Positions 62,152 to 64,000 of a stretch of DNA of 64,000 nucleotides are shown in pieces. The notes under the pieces were generated by a model. The model saw only the letters and a list, made by a program, of their open reading frames with translations, was not told where the DNA came from and did not search any database. Where the stretch lies: NCBI GenBank assembly GCA_030539115.1, contig JAUNSR010000018.1, positions 885-64,884 of the forward strand, written 5' to 3'. The translations under genes and the position numbers were made by a program. The stretch is from Bacteroidales bacterium. GTDB lineage: Bacteria > Bacteroidota > Bacteroidia > Bacteroidales > JAUNSR01. The number at the start of each line of letters is the position of its first letter. Within the stretch, counting starts at the first letter, position 1.

Positions 62152-63699
62152 ATGAAAAAATATACCCTACTATTATTTGTAGCCTTATTTTTATTTTCAA
62201 GTCTCACAAAGGCTTCAATAAGCAAAAAAGATTCAGATTTGTTTGAAAAAGCAATTTTTATTGGTAATAACAAAGACACCCTTTTATATAGAATTCTATA
62301 TCCTTCAAACTTTGATAAAACTAAAACATATCCTTTCATTCTGTTTCTTCATGGCTCAGGAGAAAGAGGCAACGATAATATAAAACAATTGTTTTGGGCA
62401 AATGATGTATTTCTTAATGAAGAAAATAGGACTAAATGTCCTGCCATTGTTGTTTTACCACAATGTCCAGAAGATGATTTTTGGGTAAATATGGATTATT
62501 TCAACAATATTCAATCAAAGAAGAATCTATATGACAATAGCTTACCTCCAATTTCCCATTCCCTCGACTTAGTTAGACAACTTACCGATTCACTTTCATC
62601 ACTTTCTTTCGTTGATAAAGCAAGGATGTGCATAACAGGAATGTCTATGGGCGGCTATGGCACCTATGATTTTATTGAACGTGTTCCGGGAATGTTTTCA
62701 AAAGCCGTGCCTATTTGCGGAGGAAGTAATCTAAAAATGGCAAAGAACTTCAGCAATACCGTTCAGCTAAAAATATTTCACGGAGAAAGTGATGATGCTG
62801 TGCCTTGTGATCTCTCCAGAATGATGTTTGACAGATTAAAATCTTTAAAAGCAGTTGTTGATTATGTTGAATATCCCGGAGTCAATCATAATAGTTGGTC
62901 AAAAGCCTATGCCGAGCCTAATATTATGGAATGGATGACCTCCACTAACAATAATCCATCTAATTATACTACAAAAACCGACATAAGCTATTTGCTTTCA
63001 AAAAGCGATGATGATTATAAAAATGAAAGATGCAGGCTTGATATTTATTATCCAACTAATAAAAAAGATTTCAAAACAGTTGTTTGGTTTCACGGTGGAG
63101 GATTGGAAGTAGGCGAAAAATTTATTCCATCAGAACTTAAAGACAAAGGTTTATGTGTTGTTGCCGTAAACTATCGTTTAAGTCCGAAAGTTCATTCTCC
63201 TCTATATATAGAAGATGGAGCAGAGGCAATAGCATGGGTATTTAAAAATATTGAAAATTTTGGCGGAGATAATAACAAAATATTTATTTCAGGTCATTCT
63301 GCAGGAGGATATTTGACACTCATGCTTGGACTTGATAAAAAATATCTTATGCATTTTGGTATTGATGCTAATCAAATAGCGGGTCTAATACCTTTAAGCG
63401 GACAGACAAACACTCATTATACTATAAGAAAGGAGAGAAATCTTAACACTCTGATACCTTTAGTTGACCAGATGGCTCCACTTAATTGTGCAAGAGAGGA
63501 TATACCTCCTATTCTACTTATTACAGGCGACAAAAACAAAGAGATGTTGGCCAGATATGAAGAAAATGCACATTTGGCTGTGATTCTTAAAGCCTTGGGG
63601 AATAAAGACGTTACTCTTTACGAGCTTTCAGGATTCGATCACGGCACAATGCTCTCTCCATCTCTAATATTACTAAACGAATGGATAAACAAGCATTAA
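62152..63699 (+). CDS. Secreted two-domain alpha/beta-hydrolase: esterase/lipase fusion
   Basis: Signal peptide. The first domain has FLHGSGERG and GMSMGG (GxSxG). The second has the HGGG oxyanion motif (WFHGGGL) and GHSAGG (GxSxG). Confidence 0.8.
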   Translation: MKKYTLLLFVALFLFSSLTKASISKKDSDLFEKAIFIGNNKDTLLYRILYPSNFDKTKTYPFILFLHGSGERGNDNIKQLFWANDVFLNEENRTKCPAIVVLPQCPEDDFWVNMDYFNNIQSKKNLYDNSLPPISHSLDLVRQLTDSLSSLSFVDKARMCITGMSMGGYGTYDFIERVPGMFSKAVPICGGSNLKMAKNFSNTVQLKIFHGESDDAVPCDLSRMMFDRLKSLKAVVDYVEYPGVNHNSWSKAYAEPNIMEWMTSTNNNPSNYTTKTDISYLLSKSDDDYKNERCRLDIYYPTNKKDFKTVVWFHGGGLEVGEKFIPSELKDKGLCVVAVNYRLSPKVHSPLYIEDGAEAIAWVFKNIENFGGDNNKIFISGHSAGGYLTLMLGLDKKYLMHFGIDANQIAGLIPLSGQTNTHYTIRKERNLNTLIPLVDQMAPLNCAREDIPPILLITGDKNKEMLARYEENAHLAVILKALGNKDVTLYELSGFDHGTMLSPSLILLNEWINKH

Positions 63700-63768
63700 T
63701 TTAAAAGAGTGTTCTTTACCAATTCTTATAATAAAAACCTTCTGTGAAATAAATTAAGGAAACACATT

Positions 63769-64000
63769 ATGCTGGAAGTTATTGATTATACCCCTGAGGT
63801 TAACTCAATGAGGGATTTATTTTTTTTAAATGCTGCCAAACATTGTACTCCTCAGGAAATGGAATACATTAAAAAAGCTTATGATATTGCTTTTAAGGCT
63901 CATTCCGTCCAAAAAAGGAAAAGCGGCGAGCCATATATTATTCATCCTATCAGTGTAGCAAGAATTGTAAGCGAAGAGATGTCTCTTGGAGCCAGTCCCA
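63769..64000 (+). CDS. RelA/SpoT-family (p)ppGpp synthetase/hydrolase, 5' fragment (runs off window)
   Basis: My translation from the ATG at 63769 is MLEVIDYTPEVNSMRDLFFLNAAKHCTPQEMEYIKKAYDIAFKAHSVQKRKSGEPYIIHPISVARIV. H..Q.RKSGEPYI.HP is the HD-domain N-terminus of RelA/SpoT homologues. Confidence 0.8.
   Translation, partial: MLEVIDYTPEVNSMRDLFFLNAAKHCTPQEMEYIKKAYDIAFKAHSVQKRKSGEPYIIHPISVARIVSEEMSLGASP

Overview
AT-rich window (about one-third G+C by eye) that reads as core chromosome of a Bacteroidota, probably Bacteroidales-like, bacterium. Support for that placement: many TAnnTTTG -7 boxes just upstream of starts, almost no Shine-Dalgarno sequences, DUF4494, TAT-signal Gfo/Idh/MocA and DUF362 proteins, and PorT-like beta-barrel and GH16/GH31/GH51 genes. 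Gene content is mostly housekeeping: tRNA-Asp, recR, engB, yggS, a galM/permease/galK Leloir cluster, tkt-rpiB, guaA, glnS, an acyl-CoA carboxyltransferase with its BCCP, def, ruvX, smpB, serC-serA, rarA and the 5' end of a relA/spoT gene. Glycan enzymes, two hybrid sensor kinases, an ECF sigma operon and several small orphan genes are interspersed. One large gene, a GH31 enzyme at 1-3058 on the minus strand, is missing from the supplied ORF track because it runs off the window. I see no transposase, integrase, CRISPR array, cas gene, reverse transcriptase or recognisable defence gene, so I cannot support a large novel multi-gene system here. The signals that remain unexplained are: (1) an 84-bp tandem cassette family at two loci 21 kb apart (9215-9428 and 30121-30296) with a promoter-like box, a conserved segment and a hairpin plus U-tract, which may be tiny RNA genes; (2) a hybrid sensor kinase whose phospho-acceptor His and ATP-binding boxes are degenerate while its receiver domain is intact; (3) an ECF sigma / membrane-anchored beta-barrel / lipoprotein operon; (4) a TAT-exported DUF362 protein paired with a NapH-like membrane polyferredoxin; (5) small orphan genes, one SecB-like, in AT-rich ORF-poor gaps. 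All functional calls rest on motif recognition by eye. No database search was run.
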